Assembly: GCA_051294375.1 (NCBI GenBank)
Contig: CM119264.1
Coordinates: forward strand, 18,333,454-18,397,453
DNA length: 64,000 nt
Source: Paraspadella gotoi
Lineage: Eukaryota > Animalia > Chaetognatha
Direction: 5' to 3'
Both the position numbers and the translations under genes were made by a program. Numbering within the stretch: the stretch's first letter is position 1; the number at the start of each line of letters is the position of its first letter. Positions 1-27,219 of the stretch are shown piece after piece. The notes beneath the pieces were generated by a model. The model was not told where the DNA came from. It saw nothing but the letters and a program-made list of their open reading frames with translations, and ran no database searches.

Positions 1-2325
1 TGAAAAGGAAAAAAATTGCTTTTCTGCCATCACTCCTTCATTCCTTCTCCATACACGTCTGATTTCCATTCAGCATTTCTTCTTTTTTTTTTGATTTTCT
101 ATTTTTTTTTTCTTTTCGGAGAGGAATAGGCGACCTCCGGGGAAGCGGTTGAATGGTTGAATGGAGGCGCGAATAAATCAAAAATGTGAAATAGAACCTG
201 GAAAAAGGAAAGAAAAAAAAAATCTGGCTCGATGGGAGGTGGCGTTGCGGGTGGGGGAAGGTGGAGGGATAAGGGAAGTGGAAATTGGGGGGGTGAGGGG
301 GTTGCGGAAGGGGGTTGAAAAGAGGGCGAGTGGGGGATGGGTAACAAAATGGAGGAAGTTAGAAGAAGGTAAAGTGGTCGGTTGGCGAATGTCATAGTGT
401 ACGGGAGATGGCACTGTAGGAAAAATCAAGGAAAGAAATGAAAGGGAAGATGGTTGGATTTCGAATTGTGAGGAAGATGGCGTAAGATGAAAAATAAAAA
501 AGTGGTGGCCTTGTACTCGTGCAATTACGTATTTGCCTATTGAGAGTTCTTTAGAGATCACAAGTATTTGTGAGATTTATAACAAAATACTCACTACATT
601 TTACGCTAAACGATGTAAATAAAATTGGTACAACCAATATAAAAATTATCCATTCATTTAATAAATAAGCTATTTTGCCCCTAACTTTGGATAGGCTTTT
701 GGCATGCTTCTTTAAAAGTGTTTTCAATGCATAACAATTTAAATTTTCATTGAATCGATTTTCACGTTCCAGTTGCCGTGGAGTCGCAATCTCAGTTTAA
801 AATTACGTACGACACAATGAAAAAATGGCGTAACGTTACTGTTCCGTGCATTAAAAAAAATTTACTGTTCAATATTATATATTTCTTTTTATTTTTTGAA
901 ACGTTATAGTTTCATATGTCGATATCCAAAATATCAATGCAAAATCTTTTTTTGTTTTTTAGATATGACCGATATAGGGTGAAAGATGATAAATTTTTAA
1001 AAAAGTTACTTATTCATATTTATTCCTAGAATTGTAATAGAAAAAAATAAAAAAAATAATAGTACCAATAGTTAGTGTTATGTCTCAAATAGATGGAAAA
1101 AAACCTCATTTAAAAATTCGATCGGGAAGTGGGGTAACTAAGGCTTACCAATGGCATCCTCCACGCCGATTGTTCTCTCAAATAATTTTTTTTATTTAAT
1201 ACTTTTGAAAGGGAAAAAAAGAAAATTCAGAATGCAGGTTGCATAAAGGGTACAGATAATCTGGACTTACTGACATGATAACCATGACCTTTTATATCTT
1301 GTGAAATGGGGCAGTAAAGATATCTAAAAAATTCAATCATTAAGTCAGTCAATGAACCCTTTCTAATGGGCTATTATGATAAATATTTTTTCTTAATTAA
1401 AATGGATAATAAATAATAGAATTAAATTCCTTGCTATATTTAAAAAAAAATTATCAACACAATGATGTCTTGCTTTGTCAATATATTGCCAGTTATATAT
1501 TTTTTTAAAACTTTATTATGATAAACAAGCAGTGTGTCAAGCTTTTAGTTTGCAGTTAAAGATAATGAAAAAATCCATATTTTTTTTCACAGACAAGAAG
1601 GTAGATGTCCAGACTGTTTATATCAAGCTGAAAACATTTTTGTATTTATCATTTTTGATATTTAAAAAGACATTTTATCAAGCTAAAATATAAATTTCTG
1701 CTTGTTTTTTACTTTAACTTAAAAATATAAGCAGTTTTATGGAATAAAGAAAATTTAATAATAATCAAAATGTAATTCAGTCTTTCCTTTTTCAAATTAC
1801 AAAAGAAAAATAAAAAAATTCATATGCCTTCATTGAAATTTTTAAAACAAATACTGTTATACTTTTAACTCTGATTTAAACAAAAGCTGATGTAAAGATT
1901 TATGGATTTAATTTAATAAAACTTTTTTAGAAAGGTGTCCCATGATTAGGGCTTTAATTTGATACCACACCCATCTTGCTAGCTCTTTTCTTTCAAAAGT
2001 TATTTAAAAAAAGAACTTTTTTCAAATTTTGCAGTACAAATCTTTGTTAAATAAAAATTTTGGCAAAGCGGGAGTATCTCACTTATTTCTATTGATACAA
2101 TACTTAAATTTTAAAATAAAACTTGAAGAAAATTTTTTTTTCATTTAGAGACTATCACTTTCAGGTGTACCCATCGTATAATAATTGATTTATTTATTTC
2201 CCCAAAAAAAAGCCTAATTAAAAAAGTTGAAATTTTTCAAATTGTTTGGAAAAAAATTTCATCCGACCTATGCTCATTGAGAATAATGGTTTTGCATAGA
2301 TAGTGTATCAAGATGGATTCAGATT

Positions 2326-4570
2326 TTCAAAAACGTTCACACAAGTGATCACACATATATATACTTTAATTTAAAAACACCTTTTATTCGATTGAAATTC
2401 TCAACATGAGAGATCCCGATCGATTTTTATCTGGCTCCTAAATTATGCAAATTAGCTTACGATCGAATTTGTCAGATAACGATGACGCTCTTTATTCGCG
2501 TAATTTTAAACGTTTTATTATTGTAATATAATAAATAATTGAATATTATAGTTTTTAGAATATATATTTATAAATATAAATAATTTATAGTATTTATACT
2601 AATATAAATAAGACAAAATAGCAATTAAATGAGATCTTGAATGCTTCTTTTTCTTACCAAAATGAGGAATTCAAAGAGATTTTTGCATAAAATAAAATAT
2701 TAACTATTTTGCTTGTTTAAGTTCTTATTACATATAATATAATATAAATTGTATTATAAATTGTATAATTCATTCGTTTAAGTTACTATTATACGTGCTT
2801 TAATAAATAGGCAAATTTGGAAAAACTTGATAACAAAGATTAAAATAACCAATAAAAGTAAAATTTTAAAAAAAAAATAATACTAATATTAATATTAGTA
2901 TTTAATAATTTAATAATAATAATTAATAAAAAAAATTATTTTAAAAATTACTGCAAAGAAAGAATTTAAATTATTTAAAATTATAATGAATATTTTTCTA
3001 TATTTTTTAAAGTAATTTTTAGTCAACTAGGTTCCATTAGGATTGTACCCACGTAGGAATACGTGGAATACGTGGGCGGAATACTATGGGTGCAATTGAT
3101 GTGGGCCCAATGCTACATGGGTGCAATCTAGGGGCGCAATTTTATGGGCCCAATAATACGTGGGCACAATCCTGCTACCACCGTATATACATATAGATAA
3201 GTGAAAAGGATCCATTCAATATATAATCAATGATTTAAGTATATTATGTTTGAATGATCAGGAAGAAAATTAAATACGATCTATAAATATTACTAAATTT
3301 GAATAGCAAATACATAGATTGGACGATTGGATCATTTTTGTGTTTGAGGCAACATGAACCGGGACTCATTTTTTGATATGGTATAAATAACTGTCTCTAT
3401 ATAATTTGTTTAATTTTCTGATCATAATCAAAAACTACTTTCATTTATAAAAGAAAACAGAGAACTTTGAGAGGGAAAAACTTAACTTCCAAGATTTCTA
3501 AAGAATTGCTTTTGTTTTATAAGTTTTTTAAATCAAACATTGTCAATTAATTATAAAATTATCGAAACCTATTGTCTGTAATAATGATAGATTGCTTTGT
3601 TAATTTTTCAATCAACCAAATTGAAAAAGTGAGTAAACAATTATGATTAAAAACAAATGATAATATGTAACATTTTCATTGTTAACAACAACGATGAAGG
3701 CTAACAATAGTTCGAAAATGTCCATTTTTATGTAAAACATATGTCGTTATATTAACCATTAAAAAGTTATTATTTCGTCTCTAAATCAAACAACAAATGA
3801 AAATAAATATACAATGACTAAAACTAAAAAAAAATCCGAGATATTTTTTTATAATTGAAAAAAAGTTTGACTATGGATGCTCAAACCTCATTATCCTTAA
3901 TTATTGGCCTATTAATAGTTATAAAAATGAACTATAGTACAATGGAAAAATGACTTCTATATATAATAATAGTTTAAAGAAGAAGGGGATAAATTGTAAT
4001 CAAATCAATCCGTTTAAAGCATTTGTGTTTTTGTATAAATATTGTCATTGTTAAAAAATTTTATCTTTTATTAAATATTATATATTTATTGTTATTTATC
4101 ATTTGACTATATAAGATCATATTTTATATTAATTTCTCTTTAAATATGTGTTCAGACTGAATTTCAGTACAGCAAAACAAAAAATAGCGATTAATTTCTA
4201 AAATTTTCCTATAAAAAACAGAAAAAACTATTAAAAATCACAACATGCAGCTACTAAAAACTTATAAAATTATTAAGCATTCTGAAATTATTAATAAAAC
4301 ATAGAAATATTATTAATAATACATATGTTATTAAAAAAAACTAAACTCATCGTCAGATTTCACTCTATTTTTATGAAAAATTCGCGAATATCGCCAGGTT
4401 CGCTAGTATCTTTTGTTCTTTTTGACCGGCTTGACCGGTCTTTAACATTAAAAAGATACGAAATGATGTATTCGATCTCGGGATCTCTTATGTTCGATGC
4501 ATTAAACTTAAATATTTTTATACGAAAATTATTTATATATACGTCTGATTAAGTGTGCAAACGTTTTTTA
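2326..4570. repeat. Two diverged, inverted copies of a repeat of about 100 bp (2326-2425 and 4471-4570)
   Basis: AAAAACGTT...TATATATA...AACATGAGAGATCCCGA matches the reverse complement of TCGGGATCTCTTATGTT...TATATATA...AACGTTTTT. Confidence 0.5.
3040..3183 (+). repeat. Degenerate 14-17 bp tandem array (consensus about TACGTGGGCNCAAT)
   Basis: About 8 imperfect units in a GC-richer patch within very AT-rich DNA. Confidence 0.7.
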
Positions 4571-5625
4571 TGAAACTCGATGTCTGTATATTACTAACTT
4601 TTGGGTCTAGCATAGAAAATCAAAATATCAAAAAAATAAAAAAATCAGCCTCTAGAAAAATCGAAAGGCTAGAGGCTGATTTTTTTAGAATTGCAAATTT
4701 TTTTTCCTAACTCGAAATCCATTATTCTCAAAGTTTCAAAATATTTTTTTCCAAAATCATTCAATCAATTTTTTTTTATTAATTAAAATGTTTTTATGTA
4801 TGTTGTTTTTGTTTGAAAGAATTGAAAAAAGTGAAAATATAGTAATTATATAGGTTTTTGGAAATACCTCTAAAATATTAGATAATTAGACACAAGGGGA
4901 GTAAGCAGAGAAAACTTCCCATTCATAAAAAAAATTGAAAATGAATTTGTCATATTGTTATTTAGATTAATTGACTAATTACAAACATATGATTCATTAT
5001 AATTGAGGAAATGATGGGTAAAAAATATTCATCTTGGTCTCGGTTAACTATTAAGTTATTGTTAAAGTTTTGTTTAAATAATATTAATATTTTTTTTGCA
5101 TCTATAAAAGCAATGGTCTAAATTTTGTAAGCGTTTCAAGCTATATTGCTTCATCTTTTTACTATTTTTGATCTAGTTAGCTTTTTTGTTGATGGTCAGG
5201 GTTATGGTCAGACACAGTAATGTCCAGTAGTGTATATCGCACATATTACCAAAAGTAATAATCAATTAATTTGGCTCAGAAACAATTTTTAAAGGGACAA
5301 AATCAGCACGAACCAGTAACGCCACGTTATTTTTCATTGTGTCGTACCTTGATGTTTATTTTATGTTAATTTCATCGCTTCTAATTCGGTCAACGTTTTT
5401 TACCTCTTATCCTCTCATTTTCCTCTCTCTCATTCTTTCATGTCATGATTCTTTCGATCTATTTTCTCGTCATTTCATCTTTCTTTCCTCCCCTCATTTT
5501 TCTTCACTAATTTGCGCTTTCATCGGCGGAAAAAAAAAGTTGAAAACGCTCCGAAAATGGCGGCAATTAAGCCCCTTAATTTAAGGGTGATTTAAATTTT
5601 AGCGCTCTCGCTGGGGAGGGAGGAA

Positions 5626-5628
<3 letters not shown>

Positions 5629-5710
<82 letters not shown>

Positions 5711-5720
5711 GAGAGAGAGA
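5629..5720 (+). repeat. (GA)n microsatellite
   Basis: Direct reading. Confidence 0.95.
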
Positions 5721-6461
5721 CGCAGACAGACAGAGACGTAACGGAAACGAGGCTGAATCGCTAGAATGCGAGAAAAGCTTGAAAAAAAAAGCAAAGCTGA
5801 AAAAAATCGGCGAAAATAAATGGGTTTTTTAGTCCCCAGCCTCGCGGAAAATTGAGAGAGAGAGAGTGAGTGAGGGATTCTTTTCCCGTTAGAGAGAAAG
5901 CAATTTGAATTTACCCTCGGGGAAAATAGGGATATTTACGAGAGAAATTAGTCTACCTTGGTTGTGTATACGTGAATACAGCCGATTCGTCTGCACAGGA
6001 TGGGGAAAGAATGACGAGGTGACTGGATGAATCGAGAATAATTCGCGAGAAAATTAATAAATATTCCTAGATGCAGCTACACATCTGCTTAAAAAGATTT
6101 TTCTTAAACGCGTTTGCTCGATTAAGTTCGCAATTTTCGGATTTTTTCAGTAACAATTTTGGTCTTGACCACAATAACTGAATATTTCCCAGTATTATGA
6201 AACAATCTATTTGCCATTTTAAAAATTTTGGGAAAAGCGTAATTTGCTTTTTTCCTGATGTTTACAGTATTCTAAAAGGCACATGTTATTTATAAAACCT
6301 AGCCTTTTGGCTCTCTTTTCGTTGCGTTTGAAATTTAGAGAAAACAAGTTTACTAAGATCGATTTTAAAACAATCGTATTTTGTAAACAATAAAAACTTT
6401 GTTTTATGGCGGACTAAAATCCACCAACCGTTCATCATCGGCCATTCGCCATTCGCCATTC

Positions 6462-6600
6462 GCCTCCCAACCCAAAGGTCCGGGGTTCTAGCCCGGTGGT
6501 CGCCTAGCAGTTAAGAGGGACGGGGCGCTTAACCCGCCAGTAACATGGTATTACAGCCTGATCCGAAGCTCAGGGACTGCTTATATTGAACGGTTCTGTC
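6462..6600 (+). mobile_element. 5'-truncated tRNA-derived SINE-like relic
   Basis: GCCTCCCAACCCAAAGGTCCGGGGTTCTAGCCC resembles tRNA anticodon and T arms with a B-box-like GGTTCTAGCCC; GC-rich body in AT-rich DNA; 3' boundary approximate. Confidence 0.45.
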
Positions 6601-7888
6601 ACTAACACATAACAATCCTTACTGTCTCTTCAGTTTTCTCTTTATTCATAAAACCTATATAAGAAATACACAAGTTGATCATTCTCTTTTTTATTGTTAT
6701 ACTTTTGTAATGTTGATCTCACCATCCTTTTCTTTGAAGCAACTTTAAAAATTCGGAGGCGAAAGGGAAAGGGCCTATGACGTCAAAAGCGTCTTTGCAC
6801 TTTGAGATTTATCGTCCCTTCAAATATTCAAGAGAGACTTTTTTTGGCGGACGGGCACCGCTGGGACCGCGAGCCGCCAATTCCAGCTTCCATGGCAACC
6901 GGCGTTCTGGGAGCGACGAGGGTTCACTTTCGGCATCAACCCTCTTTCAGAAATTTTCTCTCGTTTATCAACCCTCGACGCCGGATCCATTTTCTCCTTT
7001 TTTTGTCGCCCGAATTCCCTTCTTATATCCCGTTTTCATTTAATATCATGGCTCCCTAGTATCAAGGCGTTGTCTCCGGAATAAGGAGCAATTGGCTAAT
7101 ATTTTTTTTTAAATTTTATTTAACCTCGTAGTATTATAATAGTAGTTCCGGAATATCGATAGATCTGCTAAATAACAGTAATTGGACGTATTACCTTCTT
7201 CGACTGCACCAACCCCTATTTTCCTCTTTTCCACCTTAACTTTCTCAATTTCTGTCACCACGTCGACCTTTCTGTCCTCTCGACTCGCATTTCTTTCGCC
7301 ACTATTTTTCCCCTGGACAGAAAACCCAATACGCAAAAGATAATTTCTATTGCGATTCGTTTTCTCCTTCGTTGTCGCATTTTTCTCGCTTTCCTTCGTC
7401 ACTCGCCTTCGTCCTTTCGAACTTGAAAAATCAGGGATCCCAAAAAAAGAGTTTTCGAACTCGGGACGCTTTCGCCGCAGAGCGAATCTCCATCATCGTC
7501 GACCCTCGAAGGGTGGATTTGGGAATTGGGTATTTCGAAGAAAAAAAATATTTTCGCCCCCGACGAGGCCATCGGGGTCTAGAGGAAAAAAAAAATATCT
7601 GAAACGCGATGGAAGAAAAAAGAAATTATGATGAGGACGATAATAAACGGACGGCCTTGAAGAAAAAAGAAATGTGTGGTCCGTGAGAAAATTTTGTAGA
7701 AAAAGCGCGGGAGGGGGAAGAGGGAAAAGGGGGGGGGAGGGTGGAATGGGAAACCTCGAGACGAATTTGACGAGGCACTGGGCATGATTTACATTTTTTG
7801 TAAATCAAGAATTTTATGCCCTGTCGGAGCGGATTTCTTCGCCGGCTGCGTCTCGCTTCGACTGGTTATGCCGATGAAATTTAAATGC

Positions 7889-8344
7889 TAATGTATACAG
7901 CATTAAAATTATCTATCATGAGTATAGATTATGGTATTAAAATATTTTTTGTCATAAATGTTTTCTTCTGAGGGTACTAGCCTAATTATTACTAAATAAT
8001 GAAAAAAAAATTCAAATCCTAAAATGTTTTGATGGATTCTAATAGAGCGTAAAAAGGTAAACAAAAAATAGCTTTTAAAAATTCTTACATTTTTTAAGTG
8101 AAAATGTTTTTTCCTATTTTTGACTGACTTATGATAAAACCTTTTATGAGCTATCTGAATCCGGTCTTAAAACTTAAAAATTAAAAAAAATTTGGCCTTT
8201 CCTATATATAAATAAATATTAAAAAAATAATTACAAGGGTATTGAGCCATATAAAAATTTGTTTGTCCATTGAAAGTATACTTAAAAATGTATAAATTCT
8301 TGTTTAAGCATGTACTCACTCAAAATTTTTGACTCACCCCATTG
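7889..8344. mobile_element. Dispersed AT-rich repeat (MITE-like), copy 1
   Basis: Colinear with 10221-10774 (CAGCATTAAA...GTATTAAAATATTTTTT; TTTCCTAT-TATAAATAAATATTAAAAAA; GTCCATTGAAAGT; CACCCCATTG end). Confidence 0.7.
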
Positions 8345-8974
8345 TGTGGGGCTACCGCTAGTTATAAGCTGGTTGTAAAAAAATGTGAAATCAATTAGCG
8401 TTGAAATTCATTGAATTGAATGTCAGAAAGTGGACCGACCGAAACCGACTTCTCGGTCTTCAATCGTCATAAAGCAACAACCGAATGTAAAAACAAAGCG
8501 AGCAAAGACGTTTGCTCATAAACAGAGGAAAATGTCGTCGTTCGCCAAACTTCGGTTGTTTATTTACCTCCAAACGATCAAGAAAACATCTCGGTCGGTC
8601 CTAATAACCAAAGCAAGAGGGCGATCGCCGACTTTTTGTTTGGCGCCCAAGAGTCGTTAGATGGCGAACACCTGTACCACCTGACAACGAGAAAACCTTC
8701 GTTTCTCGATTAACGCGTGATACAGAATTTAATAGCAAAGAGGAAAAGTGTTGCGGTTTCCAAATTAGCTCCACTAAAGAAATAATAAACGAGACCAAAA
8801 AACAAACAGTTGGATAAATGGAACAAGGGATGAGAAGCATGTACAGTTTTGTACACTGTACGAACACTGTAAAGGGACAAAACTAAAAAAATAAACAAGA
8901 ATTGTGCATTGGTCAAAAATAAATTTGTTCACTATCTTTGGTTTCTTTAATTACTCAGTTTGTTAAGATTTAAA

Positions 8975-8981
8975 CTCTCTG

Positions 8982-9051
<70 letters not shown>
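8975..9051 (+). repeat. (CT)n microsatellite
   Basis: Direct reading. Confidence 0.95.
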
Positions 9052-9054
<3 letters not shown>

Positions 9055-9157
9055 AAAAAAAAAGAAAACAAAAAGAAAACTCTCTTTTTCCCTCTACGTT
9101 TCTCTCTGTTTCTCTTTCCTTCCTTCCCTTTCTCTCCTTCACCCAGTTAGAGCCATA

Positions 9158-9223
<66 letters not shown>

Positions 9224-10220
9224 CTTCCCTTTCTCTCCTTCACCCAGTTAGAGCCATACCCTCACATTAGCGCCGACTTTTTTTTTCTCTTTCGCCCGAA
9301 TTCAATCTATTTTCTCCTGATTTTTTTTCTCTTCCACTTTTTTTATGTTTCTTTCTTTTTTTGCCCCTTTTCTTTTCCTCACCCACTCTTTTTTTTCCTC
9401 CGCGATCGTACAAGAGCTAATCCACCGCTCGATCCACTCGCGCCTGAAAAAAACCTCGCCGAACCCCGATGAACCCCGGCGCGAAACTAAAGGCGTCGGA
9501 AATCTGGAATCGCTAATCGAGCAAATCGCCGAAGCCATCAACGCCCGAAATCATTTCCTGGAAATGAGAGAGATTTTTCTTTGTGCTTCGTGAGACAGAG
9601 GCAATGGATCGCGGCGACCGGACGAAGGTTTCAATCGAGAAGCTATCGCATTTTTTTTTTTACTTTTAGCCTGCTGAATGGTCTATTAGTCCATACATAT
9701 TTCTAGTTATGATCTTTACTCGCAATCTTGCACTCCTTTCAGATATAATCCCATAGGATATTGAAGGGCGAGGAGCTGTGGTCGGAGAAGCGAGTAGCTA
9801 AGCAAAGGATTTGAAAGAAGCGAATCATCCGAGCTCCAATGATCATGGGTCGGACGAAAAAAGGAAGCGTGGCCTGGCAAAGAAAAAAACCGTCGGAATC
9901 GCGCCACCGCCAAAGAGATTTGTGAAGAGAGCGAAGACGGTGCGGTGGGGGGGGGAACGTGGAGTGATTTGTGGCAACGAAATCGAAGGAATGAAAAGTC
10001 GAAAAAGAGAAGGAAGCAGATTCACGAAAAGAGAGAAAGAAAAAAAAAGAAATCGATTTTCGTCCTCGACGTTTGTGGGCGTGTCGATCGCGTGTAATCC
10101 GACTCGCGTGTCTTTCTCGTGTGAATACCGCGTCACCGCGTCATTCCCGTCGCTCGAAGGAAAGAGGCGATATTCGCCACCGTATTCTATAACTAGCGGT
10201 AGCCGACCAAATTCAAATTT

Positions 10221-10774
10221 TAATGGGAACAGCATTAAACTAATCCATTATTGGTATTAATTATTGTATTAAAATATTTTTTTGCAAAAATGTTCCGAAC
10301 CATGAGTAATTCGCTAATTAATATTATTATATTGCTATATAATGTCAAAAAATTTTTTTTGATATTTTAAGTTTTTTTAATTAAAAAGTTAAGCAAAAAA
10401 TATAATTACAACTTTTTAAAATTCTGATGTTTAATTACTTAAAATTAGTAAAAACTGCTAAAATAATCGGATGATGATGATGATGATGATTTTTTAAGGT
10501 TTTTCCCAGTTTTGACCCACTTATCATCAAAATATTGAAAAAAGAATTATACTTTGTGTAGACAACTTTTTATAAGCTATTTGAATTTGCTTTTAAAAAT
10601 ACAAAATTTTAAAAAAAATTTTTGACATTTCCTATCTATAAATAAATATTAAAAAATTAATTACTAATGCTTCTAGCCATTTTAGAAAATTTTGGTCCAT
10701 TGAAAGTTTTCTTAGAAATGTATGAAGTTTCATTTGGAAATGTTCCCAAATCAAACTTCTGACCCACCCCATTG
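10221..10774. mobile_element. Dispersed AT-rich repeat (MITE-like), copy 2
   Basis: Same blocks, order and orientation as 7889-8344; ends resemble short TIRs (AATGGG...CCCATT). Confidence 0.7.
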
Positions 10775-10945
10775 ACAAAGTTTGGCTCTACTATAACGCG
10801 TCGAACTCCCATTCGAAGTTGACGGAATTGAACCGTAATTCTGAATTAATGACCGTAAATAACGGATTCTGTGGAAGAGATTTTTAGCATTGGTGTCGTG
10901 TTATTGTTATCGTTGTCGTCGTCGTCGTCGTCTTCGTCTCGTTTT

Positions 10946-24341
<13,396 letters not shown>

Positions 24342-25688
24342 CTGAAATTTAAATTAGTTAACACATAACAATCAATGTATAAATGCATGCAGATATTGAA
24401 CAATCACTCGGTAATAAATTTTGTATTTGGTATGAAATCCAAACGCCCCTCATTGGTATTTTTATCTTATTTNNNNNNNNNNNNNNNNNNNNNNNNNNNN
24501 NNNNNNNNNNNNNNNNNNNNNNNNNNNNNNNNNNNNNNNNNNNNNNNNNNNNNNNNNNNNNNNNNNNNNNNNNNNNNNNNNNNNNNNNNNNNNNNNNNNN
24601 NNNNNNNNNNNNNNNNNNNNNNNNNNNNNNNNNNNNNNNNNNNNNNNNNNNNNNNNNNNNNNNNNNNNNNNNNNNNNNTTTTTTTTTCTCTTCCACAAGC
24701 GAGACTACTCGATCTACCCAACTACTCACGCGTCCTTTGACATTTGACCTTATCATTGACCTTCCCCTTTTCCTCACTTTTCTTCTTTCCCTTCCCTTCT
24801 CTCCGACACTCGTCCTTCCCTTGTCCTTCCCATTCTTCACTGATATACATCCGTTTCTGTTTCACGTCGGTTTCGTGCCTTCATCGCCCAGCGCGTTCCT
24901 GCCTTGTCGCCCCCCCCCCTTACTCCTCCTCTTCTCATGAAATCAAAGACTCAACTCCGGCGGAGAGCTCGGAGGCGGCGGGAGATGCGGTGGAGTTGTC
25001 CGCGTCGGTGGAAAGGGTGGTGGGGGATGTCGATTGCCCCGAGAGCAATTTTCATACAACCAATCCCATAACAGTTTTCTCCTGAAGCCTGACACTCCCC
25101 GGAGAACTTTCGCCCTTTTAAAAACAAAGATGGAGAAAGCGACTGACTTGGAATGGGTGGCGGACCGATTGACGGGTAATTTCTAGAAGCTGCTGGAACT
25201 CATAAATGTGGCAGAAAGCACTTGTGATATCCACGGCCTTAAAATATGCACAATGAGCGAACTAAATAGCAACCAAGTTTTAATCTAACGAAAAAAAAAA
25301 AGAGTTTAAACCCCTATTTTTTTTTAATATTCAATCCAAACGAGAATTTTTACAGATACTTTCCAAGAACTTCCCCCCAATTTTTAAAAATAAATTTCAT
25401 AGCCTAGGGTTTTAAAATCGAATTTGAAGGAACGGGCAATTCGGCTTCGAGCACGAAGTCGATGGGCTTTCCACCCGCAATTTCCTTTTTTTTTCCCTTC
25501 TGGGAGAGTTCTCGAGTGTCATTGAAACGGCGATTTCTTCTCATTTTCTCGGCTCAAAAAGTCGCGACGACTTTTTCCACTTCCTTCCGCTAATTTTCAT
25601 TTTGTGACGAGAGAATTGACGCCTTCCTCGGTCGGTCCGTCGACGCGTCTCTCTCGTGTAGCTCTAAGCAATAAATTAGGGTTTATTT

Positions 25689-25857
25689 TTAGAAGAGGAA
25701 ATCTGTTTATTTCAACAACAATAAGTCATTTGTGAAACCAAATTTATACATTTTAACATGTGTAAAAAGCGCTCATGAAGGCTTGCAACAAAAAGCTGAA
25801 ACATGTACGGAAAATAAAAACTTATCGTTGTTGAAATAAAAAGAGTTTCTTTTCTAA
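25689..25857 (+). mobile_element. Small element with 38-bp inverted arms around a degenerate hammerhead-like core (possible Penelope pLTR remnant)
   Basis: Arms 25689-25726 and 25820-25857; CTCATGA-A-GGCTT...AAGCT-GAAACATGTA followed by AATAAA. Confidence 0.45.
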
Positions 25858-27092
25858 TATCAAACACAGGTAAAGAATACAATGGGGTTATTTTTAAAAT
25901 TGTTTAATTTTATAATTCTGTGATTTTCTAAATTTAACAAGCTAACAAGCAGTCAAAACGGAAATATTTTGGTCTGTAGATAGACACTTGTACGAGATCT
26001 TTTACAGCGATTATTTTTCTGTATCGATTCTGGCGAAAATTACATCAAAAAACATTAATGTCAGCGCTTCTCTACAGAGCAATTCAGACGAAAGTACAGT
26101 TGTACCTTGGGCCTCAAAAACCAAAGTTTCTGCTCACCGTGTGTGCACTGTGCACACTGTGCATGTCTCCGCCTTGGCGGTCGCCAATCACCCCGATCAA
26201 TCACCCCGATTGAGTCGAATCACCGTCAATTCCTCACTCGGGTTTTCTCGTCGCATCGCCGGCGGAATCCCGACTTAAATCACCAGTTATCAATCACCTC
26301 AATTATCTTTCGACCGTATCCTTTCCTTTTCCCGGAGCTGATTTCCTCGAGCTCTTTATCCGAGATAGAGCAGAGACGAGAGAAAACCGCAGAACATAAC
26401 GCAACCGGGCTTGCGACGAGACGAGATGAGAGAGAGTGCCAGCAAAACAAATTACCAGAGAAGCATCAAGCCGTGGCGCAATGAATAGAAAGGCAGAACA
26501 GATAATGTGTAAGTGAGCATCTGACGGACCGACACACCAACACCCCCCCGCCAGCCCACCTCGACACCACTCACCCCCCGCCCGAGCGCTCACCGCGCCC
26601 GCCCGCGCCCACCGCCCAGAAACATCCACTAGTGGGGTTTAAAAATGTAAAANNNNNNNNNNNNNNNNNNNNNNNNNAAAAAAAGAGTAAGAGATTGCAG
26701 ACAGACAGACAGAGTCCGGTTTTCTTTTTTCGATTTTCGATTCGTCTTTCCCTCGCCCCGGACTCACCCTCTCTCTCTCTCTTTGCTCCGTCAAAGGTCG
26801 AGTTTTTCCTCCTGCAACTCGGTTCAACTCTCCTGTCAAAACCACTTCCTCACTTTTTTTTCTTTTGGAGCAAAAATCACTGGAAAATACGATTTTCGTC
26901 CACAATTTTTATGTATCAAAATTAAATTAGGATGAAGAGTTTAATTGTGAATTAGTCCAAATAAATTTGAAAGTTAATTACGTAGGTAATAGAATAGGAC
27001 AATTTTAGCTATAAAAATCAATAGAATTACAATGACAATAGCATGAAGGAAGACTCTTTAGGGAATGAATCAAAGCAGGAGAATCGCCTACG

Positions 27093-27219
<127 letters not shown>

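Noticed and set aside
24940-25190. GC-rich island as the next upstream exon of the main gene
   Set aside because: The best-looking frame has an in-frame stop and no acceptor; it could not be linked across the N-gap
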